Assembly: GCA_015487695.1 (NCBI GenBank)
Contig: WFPF01000021.1
Span: forward strand, 70,441 to 134,440
Length of the DNA: 64,000 nt
Direction: 5' to 3'
Origin: Chitinophagales bacterium
GTDB taxonomy: Bacteria; Bacteroidota; Bacteroidia; Chitinophagales; S012-47
In this document: piece by piece, positions 27,693-37,094 of the stretch
How the letters are laid out: every line of letters begins with the position of its first letter
How positions within the stretch are numbered: the stretch's first letter is position 1
The notes under the pieces: generated by a model
What the model was told of the DNA's origin: nothing
The model's input: the letters and a program-made list of their open reading frames with translations, nothing else
The model's database searches: none
Made by a program: the position numbers and the translations under genes

Positions 27693-28495
27693 GGCATGGA
27701 AAACGCTTTGCTTATGTTGGGCCAAAATTTATTGGTCAGATCGGGAAAATCCGAAGTGTGGGTGACATGGTTGTTTCGCAGAGCAATACCTTCAAAAAAC
27801 TGCTCATAATCAATGGAGAGATTCAAAACCTGCTGCGTGTTTTCATTCACCGAAAAGCTTTTGTTGAACGTCACACTGCTCAGGTATTTGTTTGTTCCGA
27901 TGTGAAACGAAAGTGCATCATCCATAATGTCATCCGGGACGAGCGAGGTATCCACTTCCCCGTCAAAACGAAGGAAAATGTAACCGGCATTCCAGCTCCA
28001 GTGCATGAGGGGTGTTTTGGGCCCAAGGGCATGGCTTGCCTCGTATTGTGCCGGCAGATTGGAGTAGTTTGCCAGAGAGTCTATGCCAATGAAGAAACGG
28101 AGCCCTGTGTACTGCCCGCTGGGTACGTCAGTCAGTTGAAAACCGGAGCTGTCGCCACGATAATACACATATTGGTCTTTCAGAAGCACTTCTCCCGTAT
28201 CGCTCAGGAATACAAATCCTGAAAAGTAAAAAGCGCTAAAATTTATCTTAAAAGGTGTACCGCTATTGTGGTAAAAGGTCTTGCCAAACTCGAAAGGGCT
28301 GTTTCCGAATTCCGGGTTTACTTTAAAAGAAAGTGTAGCTGTGCTGGCATACTCGCAGCAGCAATCCCGCTGGGCCAGGGCATCGTAGTTGAGTGCCGCA
28401 GGATCGGTGCAACCCTCCTTTTTGCAGGCGCCCAGGGCGCTGACGAGGAAGAGGGAAAAAGTCAGAAGGGTGAGGCGTGGGATGCGAATCTTCAT
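27689..28495 (-). CDS. MbnP family (metallo-mystery pair) lipoprotein
   Basis: Lipobox SALGAC, then GCTDPAALNYDALAQRDCCCEY (four Cys after the lipid Cys). FKINFSAFYFSGFVFL...LTDVPSGQYTGLRFFIGID...MHWSWNAGYIFLRFDG matches the pattern I recall for MbnP-family proteins. These are encoded next to di-haem MbnH peroxidases. Confidence 0.65.
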   Translation of the reverse strand: MKIRIPRLTLLTFSLFLVSALGACKKEGCTDPAALNYDALAQRDCCCEYASTATLSFKVNPEFGNSPFEFGKTFYHNSGTPFKINFSAFYFSGFVFLSDTGEVLLKDQYVYYRGDSSGFQLTDVPSGQYTGLRFFIGIDSLANYSNLPAQYEASHALGPKTPLMHWSWNAGYIFLRFDGEVDTSLVPDDIMDDALSFHIGTNKYLSSVTFNKSFSVNENTQQVLNLSIDYEQFFEGIALRNNHVTHTSDFPDLTNKFWPNISKAFSMP

Positions 28496-29268
28496 CAGTA
28501 TTCCAGTTTAAAGTTATCACGGTCATTTAAAAAAGGCAATTTCCGTCTGATTTCAGAAAGTTCTGCCTTTTTCAAGGTCACTGTTTTCACATTTTCTTCG
28601 TCAGATATCTTTATCATGACCCTGCCCAGGGGGTCGATTACAGAACTGTCACCGGCATGATATATTTCATGGCCGTCTTTGCCAAAGCGATTAACGCCTA
28701 TTGCGTAGGCCTGGTTTTCGATGGCTCTCGCCTGTAGCAGGGTGTTCCATGCCGCACTTCGCATGACGGGCCAGTTGGCCACATTTAAATAAATATCGTA
28801 GCCCTTGTCGTTGCGCGCCCATACCGGGAAACGAAGATCGTAACAAACCTGAGGAAAGATTTTCCAGCCCAAATAGTCGATGACCTGACGGCTTTTTCCC
28901 GGAGTGAAAACACGGGGTTCTTCGCTCAGGCTGAAAAGGTGGCGCTTGTCATAATGATTCAGGTTGCCGTCCGGAAAAACCCATACAAAGCGATTGTAAT
29001 ATTGCCCGTTTTCCTCTATAATCAGGCTGCCTGCCATGGCAAGCTTGTTTTTGGCGGCCTCTTCGCGCATCCAGGCGATGCTTTCGCCATCCATTTTTTC
29101 GGCCAGTTTCTCAGCCTTCATCGTAAATCCGCTTGTAAACATTTCGGGAAAAAGGGCTGCATCACTCCGTGTGGCAATATCGGCCAGGTAGCGGCTGAGC
29201 TTTTTTTTGTTTGCTTCCGGGTTTTCCCATACGAGGTCAACCTGAAAAATACTGATTCGTAAATCCAT
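28495..29268 (-). CDS. Carbon-nitrogen hydrolase family amidohydrolase (omega-amidase, YafV-like)
   Basis: Nitrilase-superfamily E-K-C triad context (LFPEMF, HYDKRHLF, QVCYDLRFP). Confidence 0.8.
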   Translation of the reverse strand: MDLRISIFQVDLVWENPEANKKKLSRYLADIATRSDAALFPEMFTSGFTMKAEKLAEKMDGESIAWMREEAAKNKLAMAGSLIIEENGQYYNRFVWVFPDGNLNHYDKRHLFSLSEEPRVFTPGKSRQVIDYLGWKIFPQVCYDLRFPVWARNDKGYDIYLNVANWPVMRSAAWNTLLQARAIENQAYAIGVNRFGKDGHEIYHAGDSSVIDPLGRVMIKISDEENVKTVTLKKAELSEIRRKLPFLNDRDNFKLEY

Positions 29269-29300
29269 GCATTTGAAATTTGGACAGAGTTACAATCAAA

Positions 29301-30458
29301 TCAAAGCCGAATAAGTTTATCCGCGGCTTTTTCAAGCAGTTTTTCAGACTTTGCAAAACAGAAACGAATCAGATGATGGTCTTCGTGATTGGAGTAGAAG
29401 ACCGAAATCGGAATGGTCGCCACACCGGCTTCGCGTGTCAGCCATTCGCTGAATTCGAGGTCTCCCATTTCCGAGATGTTCTCATATCCGGCCAACTGAA
29501 AGTAAGTGCCTGCCGAGGGCCGGATTGTAAAGCGGCTCTCCGCCAGTAAATTGTTGAAATAGTCGCGCTTGGCCTGGTAGAAGGCAGGCAGTTGCAGATA
29601 TTCCTCTTCATATTGCAGAAAGGCGGCAAAGGCATGTTGCAGGGGAGTGGGTGAGCTGAAGACAATAAACTGATGCACTTTTCGGAATTCGGCACTCAGG
29701 CGCGGGGAGGCAACGCAATAGCCCATTTTCCAACCGGTGGCATGGTAGGTTTTCCCGAATGAAAAAACAAGAAAACTTCGCTTGAGCAGATCGGGATAGC
29801 GGAGGATGGATTGATGCTCATGCCGGTCGAATACGATGTGTTCATAAACCTCATCACTCAGAATAAGGATATCGGTGTTTCTGGTGATGCGCTGCAGTTC
29901 CTCCATGTCTTTGGCACTGAGCACGGAGCCCGTGGGATTGTGGGGGGTATTGATAATAATCAGACGGGTGTTGGCCGTAATGCGGGCCTTTACCATTTCC
30001 CAGTTGATTCCGAAGGAGGGATACTCCAGGGGTATGGCTATGGGAAGGCCCCCGTTGAGGCGGATAGCCGGCACGTATGAGTCATAGGCCGGTTCGAAAA
30101 CAATCACTTCATCGCCTTCGTGCACGACTGCGGCAATGGCGGCATAAAGTGCTTCCGTACCGCCCGATGTCACTGTGACCATTTCGTCCGCATCCACATC
30201 GCACCGGTACAGCTTCCTGATCTTTTGGGCAACAGCCTTTCGCAGTTCAGGCAGGCCGGGCATCGGGGCATATTGATTGTGTCCTGATTTCAGTGCCTTG
30301 GTGACCAGTGCCTTTAACTTCGGGTTTACGTCAAAGTCGGGGAAGCCCTGCGACAAGTTGATGGCATCGTATTTCTGTGCCATGGCCGACATGCGGGCAA
30401 AGATGGAAGTGCCTGTCTTGGGCAGTTTGCTTTTGAAGATGATAGGGGGTGTTGACAT
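29301..30458 (-). CDS. Class I/II PLP aminotransferase (methionine/glutamine transaminase, YbdL-like)
   Basis: INLSQGFPDF, NPTGSV and FSFGKTYHATGWKMGY (PLP lysine). ATG 30458 (MSTPPIIF) is preferred to the track's TTG at 30494. Confidence 0.8.
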   Translation of the reverse strand: MSTPPIIFKSKLPKTGTSIFARMSAMAQKYDAINLSQGFPDFDVNPKLKALVTKALKSGHNQYAPMPGLPELRKAVAQKIRKLYRCDVDADEMVTVTSGGTEALYAAIAAVVHEGDEVIVFEPAYDSYVPAIRLNGGLPIAIPLEYPSFGINWEMVKARITANTRLIIINTPHNPTGSVLSAKDMEELQRITRNTDILILSDEVYEHIVFDRHEHQSILRYPDLLKRSFLVFSFGKTYHATGWKMGYCVASPRLSAEFRKVHQFIVFSSPTPLQHAFAAFLQYEEEYLQLPAFYQAKRDYFNNLLAESRFTIRPSAGTYFQLAGYENISEMGDLEFSEWLTREAGVATIPISVFYSNHEDHHLIRFCFAKSEKLLEKAADKLIRL

Positions 30459-30494
30459 GTTTGCAAAGATTTGAATCGCTGAAATGAGCTTCAA

Positions 30495-31574
30495 TTAGAG
30501 ATACCGGTCGCCCTTTTCCCTTTTTATGTCTTTGACCAGTTGCTTGAGTTCCTGCTCCCTCGATTTTTCATAAATGAGCAGGACATCTTCGGTGTCCACT
30601 ACAATGAAGTCTTTGAGTCCCTGGACAATGATCAGTTTTTTCTTCGGGCCGCGAATGATGTTTTCCCGGGCACCGTCAATAAGGATGTCGGACTCTACGA
30701 GGGCGTTGTCGTTTTCGTCTTTGGGCAGGTTGGCATAAAGCGAGGCCCAGGTACCAAGGTCGGACCACCCGAAATCTGCCGGAATTACAAAGACGTTTTT
30801 GGCTTTTTCCATCACTCCGTAGTCGATGGAAATGTTGGAACAGAGGCTGAAGGCTTTTTCAAGGTAGGGCTTTTCCTCCGGGGTGTTGAGTTGCTCCCGG
30901 ATTTCTTCGAAGACCTCGTCCACCTCGGGAAGATGATTTTTAAAGGCTTTCAATATGCTTTTTACATTCCAGATGAAAATCCCGGAATTCCACAGAAAAT
31001 CACCGCTGTCCAAAAATTTGCGTGCAATCTTCAGGGTTGGTTTTTCGGTGAAGGTTTTCACCTTGTGTATTCCCGGTGCCATGGTTTCTTCGCGATACTG
31101 AATATATCCATAGCCCGTATCGGGCCGGGTAGGCTTAATACCGAGCGTACAGAGGGCATCGTGGGTCTTGCTGAAGGATACAGCCCGCTGAATTTCATCC
31201 ACAAACTCATCTTCATTGAGCACCAGGTGATCGGAGGGTGCCACCACGGTGACCGCCCCGGGATTGATCTTTGCAATTTTTTTGCTGAAATAGGCAATGG
31301 TGGGAGCCGTATTTTTACGCATGGGCTCGCCCAATATCTGCGCATCGCTCAGTTCGGGCAATTGTTCGTGTACCAGATCGCGGTAGCGCTCGTTGGTCAA
31401 TATGTAGATGTTTTCTTTCGGGCACACCTTTTTGAATCGCTCGTACGTTGACTGAATCAGGGTTTGCCCGGTACCGAGAATATCCAAAAACTGCTTGGGG
31501 TGTGACTCCCGGCTCAGAGGCCAGAAACGGCTTCCGATCCCTCCGGCCATGATGGCGGCATAGGTATTATTCAT
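30495..31574 (-). CDS. manC: Mannose-1-phosphate guanylyltransferase
   Basis: AAIMAGGIGSRFWPLSRESHPKQF. A nucleotidyltransferase fold of about 360 aa without a PMI domain. Confidence 0.8.
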   Translation of the reverse strand: MNNTYAAIMAGGIGSRFWPLSRESHPKQFLDILGTGQTLIQSTYERFKKVCPKENIYILTNERYRDLVHEQLPELSDAQILGEPMRKNTAPTIAYFSKKIAKINPGAVTVVAPSDHLVLNEDEFVDEIQRAVSFSKTHDALCTLGIKPTRPDTGYGYIQYREETMAPGIHKVKTFTEKPTLKIARKFLDSGDFLWNSGIFIWNVKSILKAFKNHLPEVDEVFEEIREQLNTPEEKPYLEKAFSLCSNISIDYGVMEKAKNVFVIPADFGWSDLGTWASLYANLPKDENDNALVESDILIDGARENIIRGPKKKLIIVQGLKDFIVVDTEDVLLIYEKSREQELKQLVKDIKREKGDRYL

Positions 31575-31748
31575 TTTGATAAAACTTGCATTTGTGAGTA
31601 GAATGGTATTAAATTGAACTTTACTACACCCTTTACACTTTTTTAAGGAATCTATTTTATTAAGACAATATCTCCCGGGCGAGTAAAATCTGCGTTTAAA
31701 TTTTGCGTAAATTTAAAAAACAAAGCCTTGCATTAACCCATATAGACG

Positions 31749-33950
31749 ATGATTGCAGCAGACCGCGACCTGAATCAAGCGCTGAAAGAGTATTTCGGCT
31801 TCAATTCATTTAAAGGAAATCAGAAAGAAATCATTCAAAGTGTGCTCGATGGCAAAGACACCTTTGTGATCATGCCGACCGGGGGTGGCAAATCCCTGTG
31901 CTATCAGTTGCCCGGCATTATGATGGAGGGCACGGCCATTATCATTTCTCCGCTCATCGCGCTGATGAAAAACCAAGTGGATCAGGTGCGGAGCTACAGC
32001 AGCAATGAAAATGTGGCTCACTTCCTGAATTCCTCGCTTAATAAAACCCAGAAAACCAAAGTCAAAAAGGACATCGTCAGCGGTGAAACCAAGCTGCTCT
32101 ATGTGGCTCCCGAAACATTGGGAAAAGAAGACACCATCGAATTTTTCAAAGCCATCAAAATTTCCTTCATTGCGGTAGATGAGGCGCACTGTATATCGGA
32201 GTGGGGACATGATTTCCGTCCGGAATACCGGAGAATCAGGGATATGATAACCGAGCTGGAACAGGAAATTCCGCTCATTGCACTTACGGCAACTGCCACC
32301 CCCAAGGTGCGGGCCGATATCATGAAGAATCTGAAAATGGATAATCCGAGGATATTCATCAGCACCTTTCTGCGCGATAACCTCTATTACGAAATCAGGC
32401 CCAAAGGGAAAAAGAGCCATGCCATCAAAGACCTGGTCACTTTTATCAAGCAGAACCAGGGCAAGTCGGGTATTATTTATTGTCTCAACCGAAAAACTAC
32501 GGAAGAACTGGCAGACACACTGAATGTGAACGGTATCAGTGCCGCGCCCTATCATGCAGGCCTTGAAGCCCAGCTCCGCAGTCGCACACAGGATCAGTTC
32601 CTTATGGAAGAAATCAACGTCATTGTGGCAACCATTGCCTTTGGAATGGGAATCGACAAGCCCGATGTGCGTTTTGTAATTCATTACAACATCCCGAAAA
32701 GCCTTGAAAACTATTATCAGGAAACCGGGCGGGCCGGAAGAGACGGCCTCGAAGGGAAGTGCATTGCTTACTATACCTATAAAGATGTGGAGAAGCTGGA
32801 GAAATTTCTGCGTGACAAGCCGGTGGCCGAGCGGGAAATCGGCCATCAGCACCTCATGGAAATCAGTGCGTATGCCGAATCGGCTGCCTGTCGCAGAAAG
32901 TTTCTGCTTCACTATTTCGGAGAAGAATACGATACGAGCCAGTGTGGCAACGGAGAATGTGACAACTGCAAGTATCCCAAAGAACAGATAAAAGTGAAAA
33001 AAGAGCTGCGCGATGCGCTCCGGGTTATTGCACAATTAAACGGAGACCGCCCGCTGCCTCATGTCATTGATCTGATTACGGGAAAGGACTCGGCACAGGT
33101 CAGAAGCTATGGTCACGAGAAACTGGATGTTTTCGGCATAGGCAAAGACCATGACGAGCGTTTCTGGAGTTCGGTGCTTCGAACCGCCATGCTCGAAAAC
33201 CTGATTTATAAAGACATCGAAAGCTATGGTCTGATCAAGCTGACAGAAAAGGGAGAAGCCTATATCGAGAAACCCTATGAAATCAGCATCGCACTGAATG
33301 CCAATTTTATAGCCATGGAAGAAGCCGATGACGAATCCGATAAAAAAGGCGGTGCGCTGGATGCCCGCCTGGTGGAATTGCTCAAATCATTGAGAAAAGA
33401 AGTAGCCCGTGAGAAGAACCTGCCGCCCTTTGTCATTTTCCAGGATCCCTCGCTCGAGGATATGGCTACGCAATATCCGATCTCTATGGATGAGCTGGCC
33501 AATATCACCGGAGTGAGCCGGGGCAAGGCACTGAAGTACGGCCGGAAATTTATTGAACTCATTGCCCGATATGTGGAAGAAAACAACATAGACCGCCCCA
33601 GTGATCTGACGGTAAAATCCATCGTCCAGAAATCAGGGCTGAAAGTTTATATCATTCAAAACATCGACCGGAAAATCCCCCTCGAAGTAATTGCCGACAA
33701 CAAAGGTCTCAGCCGCGATGAATTTTTCAAAGAACTGGAGTCTATTGTGGCTTCAGGCACCAAGATTGATATCAATTACTACGTGGATGACTTGCTCGAG
33801 GAAGATATCCAGGACATGATTTATGACTATTTCAGCACGGCCGAAACCGATTCGTTGGATATTGCATTTCAGGAATTGCAGGACGAAGGCATCACTATGG
33901 AAGAGATTCAGGTTATGCGCCTGAAGTTCATGTCGGAAATGGCCAATTGA
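31749..33950 (+). CDS. recQ: ATP-dependent DNA helicase RecQ
   Basis: PTGGGKSLCYQLP, VDEAHCISEWGHDFRPEY, a zinc-binding Cys cluster (CRRKFLLHYF...CGNGECDNC) and RQC plus HRDC regions. Confidence 0.95.
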   Translation: MIAADRDLNQALKEYFGFNSFKGNQKEIIQSVLDGKDTFVIMPTGGGKSLCYQLPGIMMEGTAIIISPLIALMKNQVDQVRSYSSNENVAHFLNSSLNKTQKTKVKKDIVSGETKLLYVAPETLGKEDTIEFFKAIKISFIAVDEAHCISEWGHDFRPEYRRIRDMITELEQEIPLIALTATATPKVRADIMKNLKMDNPRIFISTFLRDNLYYEIRPKGKKSHAIKDLVTFIKQNQGKSGIIYCLNRKTTEELADTLNVNGISAAPYHAGLEAQLRSRTQDQFLMEEINVIVATIAFGMGIDKPDVRFVIHYNIPKSLENYYQETGRAGRDGLEGKCIAYYTYKDVEKLEKFLRDKPVAEREIGHQHLMEISAYAESAACRRKFLLHYFGEEYDTSQCGNGECDNCKYPKEQIKVKKELRDALRVIAQLNGDRPLPHVIDLITGKDSAQVRSYGHEKLDVFGIGKDHDERFWSSVLRTAMLENLIYKDIESYGLIKLTEKGEAYIEKPYEISIALNANFIAMEEADDESDKKGGALDARLVELLKSLRKEVAREKNLPPFVIFQDPSLEDMATQYPISMDELANITGVSRGKALKYGRKFIELIARYVEENNIDRPSDLTVKSIVQKSGLKVYIIQNIDRKIPLEVIADNKGLSRDEFFKELESIVASGTKIDINYYVDDLLEEDIQDMIYDYFSTAETDSLDIAFQELQDEGITMEEIQVMRLKFMSEMAN

Positions 33951-33997
33951 ACCATGCATAACTTCGGGGCGTTAAATTCAATAGCAGAAAAAAGTAT

Positions 33998-35206
33998 ATG
34001 ATTGAAATAAAAACGGAGATGCAGCCCGAAAGGGCTGTTTTGGTAGGTTTGGTACATCAGGATCAAACGGAAGAAAAATTAAATGAATATCTGGATGAAC
34101 TCGCATTTCTGGCTTCAACGGCCGGTGCCGAAGCGGTCCGCTCATTTTATCAGAAAGTAACCCACCCCGACTCGCGCACATATGTCAGACGCGGGAAGCT
34201 GGAAGAAATCAAAAAATACATTGACAAGCACGAAATTGAGCTGGTGATCATTGATGACGAAATCACACCCTCGCAACAAAGAAATATCGAGAAGGAGCTG
34301 AAGACCAAGGTATTGGACCGAAGCATGCTCATTCTCGACATTTTTGCACAGCGTGCACGGACCGTACAGGCCAAAAACCAGGTGGAGCTTGCCCAGATGC
34401 AATACCTCCTGCCGCGCCTCCGGGGAATGTGGCAACACCTTGACCGGATCAAAGGGGGTATCGGTATGCGGGGTGCCGGTGAAAAAGAAATTGAAACGGA
34501 CAAGCGAATTGCACAGAAGCGAATTGCCCTGCTGAAGGAAAAACTGAAACAGATTGACAAGCAAAATCAAACCCGCAGAAAGCAACGCAGCAAAATGATA
34601 AGGGTCGCCCTGGTGGGCTATACCAATGTGGGGAAATCTACGATCATGAACCTGCTAAGCAAATCTGAGGTTTTTGCCGAAAACAAGCTCTTTGCCACCC
34701 TCGATACCACTGTTCGCAAGATTGTCATCGACCAGGTGCCCATGCTGCTCTCCGATACCGTTGGTTTTATCCGGAAACTTCCGCATCATCTTGTGGAGAG
34801 TTTCAAGTCGACCCTCGATGAAGTAATTGAGTCGGATGTCCTGCTTCATGTGGTCGATCTTTCCCATCCGCATTTCGAGGATCAGATTCAGGTAGTCAAC
34901 GAAACGCTTCGCGACCTGAATGCCCAGGACAAGCCCGTCATCATGGTTTTTAACAAGATGGACCTCTATCGTGATCGCTACTTTGACAAGTATCTGAAAG
35001 AAGAGGTGAAAGACGAGATCATGGCTGAAATGAAAAAGTCGTGGCTGGAGAAGAGCAACGGGCGGGCTGTTTTCATCTCGGCCCTGCACAAAGAGGGCAT
35101 TGCCGGCCTGCGGGAAATGATTCTGGCAGAAACGGCCGAAAAATACCGTGAACGCTTTCCTTACCAGGTAAAAACGGTCTATGGCAATCCCGGATGGGAA
35201 GAATAA
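33998..35206 (+). CDS. hflX: GTPase HflX
   Basis: HflX N-domain and G-domain motifs VALVGYTNVGKST, DTVGF and NKMD. Confidence 0.9.
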   Translation: MIEIKTEMQPERAVLVGLVHQDQTEEKLNEYLDELAFLASTAGAEAVRSFYQKVTHPDSRTYVRRGKLEEIKKYIDKHEIELVIIDDEITPSQQRNIEKELKTKVLDRSMLILDIFAQRARTVQAKNQVELAQMQYLLPRLRGMWQHLDRIKGGIGMRGAGEKEIETDKRIAQKRIALLKEKLKQIDKQNQTRRKQRSKMIRVALVGYTNVGKSTIMNLLSKSEVFAENKLFATLDTTVRKIVIDQVPMLLSDTVGFIRKLPHHLVESFKSTLDEVIESDVLLHVVDLSHPHFEDQIQVVNETLRDLNAQDKPVIMVFNKMDLYRDRYFDKYLKEEVKDEIMAEMKKSWLEKSNGRAVFISALHKEGIAGLREMILAETAEKYRERFPYQVKTVYGNPGWEE

Positions 35207-35281
35207 AGCAGCCGGAATTTTTTATGAAAAGAAAGAGTTTATAAGCGGGAACAGGGAAGACGGGAAAGCAGCAGAGGCAAA

Positions 35282-35313
35282 TTTGAACTTCCCGTCAATA
35301 AAGTGTAATTTTG
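35282..35313 (+). promoter_or_regulatory. Candidate promoter of rimP-nusA-infB: TTTG -N20- TAATTTTG
   Basis: TTTG at 35282-35285, a 20-nt spacer, then TAATTTTGCA at 35306-35315. This matches both the -33 and -7 Bacteroidota consensus elements with canonical spacing. Confidence 0.55.
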
Positions 35314-35327
35314 CAAGACTTGAATTT

Positions 35328-35356
35328 GAGGGGACTGTTACAGTCCCCTCTTTTTG
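35328..35356 (+). terminator. Intrinsic terminator hairpin (hflX terminator and/or rimP leader attenuator)
   Basis: GAGGGGACTG-tta-CAGTCCCCTC (10-bp perfect stem) followed by TTTTTG. It lies 17 nt upstream of the rimP ATG and about 10 nt downstream of the predicted TSS. Confidence 0.7.
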
Positions 35357-35372
35357 TGGATATAGCGAAGAG

Positions 35373-35837
35373 ATGGTAAAGGAAAGAATAGAAACACTGC
35401 TGGAGGAGAAACTGAAAGGAAGCGATCAGTTTGTGGTAGAGGTAAAAGAGCTTCCGAAGGCGCGTATTCAGGTGTTTATTGACAGCGACAGCGAGCTGAC
35501 CATCGCGCGCTGTGCCGAGATCAGCCGCTTTTTGGAAGCGCAGCTCGAGGAGGAGGCACTGGTCCCCGAACATTATACGCTGGAAGTGTCGTCTCCCGGA
35601 GTGGACCGTCCTCTCGCTTTGAAGCGGCAGTATGTAAAAAACATTGGCCGCAAGCTGAGCATTAAAACAAAAGACGGAAAACATAAAAGAGGATTGCTGA
35701 AGGCCGTAGAGGAAGAGGCAATTGTCATTGAAAAAGAAGAAAAGAAAAAGAATAAATCAAAAGAACAGGAGAATGCCGAACAACGGATTGCATTTGAGCA
35801 GATCGAATCGGCCAAAGTATTGATCTCTTTTAAATAG
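35373..35837 (+). CDS. rimP: Ribosome maturation factor RimP
   Basis: MVKERIETLLEEKL...YTLEVSSPGVDRPL is the RimP signature. The track ORF from 35181 is an in-frame upstream extension that crosses the terminator hairpin. Confidence 0.9.
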   Translation: MVKERIETLLEEKLKGSDQFVVEVKELPKARIQVFIDSDSELTIARCAEISRFLEAQLEEEALVPEHYTLEVSSPGVDRPLALKRQYVKNIGRKLSIKTKDGKHKRGLLKAVEEEAIVIEKEEKKKNKSKEQENAEQRIAFEQIESAKVLISFK

Positions 35838-35844
35838 AAAAGAT

Positions 35845-37086
35845 ATGAATAGTGTAGAATTAATTGAATCGTTTTCGGAGTTTAAAGACTTTAAAAACAT
35901 TGACCGCCCGACCATGATGCGCGTCCTGGAAGACGTGTTCAAGACCCTGCTTCGCAAAAAATACGGGTCGGACGAGAACTTCGATATCATTGTAAACACC
36001 GACAAGGGAGACCTCGAAATATATCGCAAGCGCGAAGTGGTTCCCGATGGTGAGGTGGTTGACCCGAACAAGGAAATAGCCTATTCGGAGGCCATCAAGA
36101 TAGAGCCTGACTATGAAGTGGGAGAAGAAGTGTATGAGGAGCTGGAAGTCATTGAATTTGGCCGCAGGGCCATACTGGCCGCCCGTCAAACGCTGAAATC
36201 CAAGATCATGGAACTGGAAAAGGATGAGGTCATGAAAAAATACAGTGACCGCATCGGAGAAATTGTAAGCGGAGAGGTCTATCAGATATGGAAGCGTGAA
36301 ATACTGATTCTGGATGACGAAGGCAACGAACTCATCCTGCCCAAAAGCGAACAGATTCCGTCAGATTATTTCAAAAAAGGAGATACGGTCAGGGCCGTGG
36401 TCAAAAAAGTGGATACACGAAATAACAACCCCCTGATCATTTTAAGCCGTACAGATAACGCATTTCTCGCTAAATTGCTTGAATTGGAGGTGCCCGAAAT
36501 ATTTGACGGATTGATCACAATCAAAAAAATTGTGAGAGAACCCGGAGAACGGGCAAAAGTGGCGGTAGAGTCTTATGACGACCGCATCGATCCGGTAGGT
36601 GCCTGTGTGGGGATGAAAGGAAGTCGGATTCACGGGATTGTGCGTGAGTTGAAAAACGAGAACATCGACATTATCAACTACACCACAAATACCCAGCTCT
36701 TTATTTCAAGGGCGCTCAATCCGGCCAAGATTTCGCGGATGGAGCTGGATGAAGAAAACAAAACGGCTGCCGTTTATCTCCAGCCCGACCAGGTCTCGCT
36801 GGCCATTGGCAAGGGAGGCCTTAACATTAAGCTGGCCAGCAGGCTGACCGGCTATGAAATTGACGTATTCCGTGATACGGATGATGAAGAGTATGATATT
36901 GATCTGGATGAATTTGCCGATGAAATCGACAACTGGATCATTGACGAGCTGAAAGCCATTGGGTGTGATACGGCCAAGAGTGTGCTGGATCTGGACAAGG
37001 ATGAATTGGTAAGGCGCACAGATCTTGAGGAGGAAACGGTAAACGAAATCGTCAAGATATTGAAAGAAGAATTTGAAGAAGAATAA
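35845..37086 (+). CDS. nusA: Transcription termination/antitermination factor NusA
   Basis: NusA N-domain, an S1 domain ([18 protein letters not shown]) and two KH domains ([22 protein letters not shown]). Confidence 0.95.
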   Translation: MNSVELIESFSEFKDFKNIDRPTMMRVLEDVFKTLLRKKYGSDENFDIIVNTDKGDLEIYRKREVVPDGEVVDPNKEIAYSEAIKIEPDYEVGEEVYEELEVIEFGRRAILAARQTLKSKIMELEKDEVMKKYSDRIGEIVSGEVYQIWKREILILDDEGNELILPKSEQIPSDYFKKGDTVRAVVKKVDTRNNNPLIILSRTDNAFLAKLLELEVPEIFDGLITIKKIVREPGERAKVAVESYDDRIDPVGACVGMKGSRIHGIVRELKNENIDIINYTTNTQLFISRALNPAKISRMELDEENKTAAVYLQPDQVSLAIGKGGLNIKLASRLTGYEIDVFRDTDDEEYDIDLDEFADEIDNWIIDELKAIGCDTAKSVLDLDKDELVRRTDLEEETVNEIVKILKEEFEEE

Positions 37087-37094
37087 AACAATAT

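Noticed and set aside
31806-33035. 409-aa minus-strand ORF
   Set aside because: It lies entirely antisense to recQ, whose motifs are unambiguous. No recognisable domain and odd composition.
35181-35372. N-terminal 64-aa extension of the rimP ORF in the track
   Set aside because: The extension overlaps the hflX 3' end and crosses a promoter and a perfect terminator hairpin. RimP homology begins at MVKERIE (35373).
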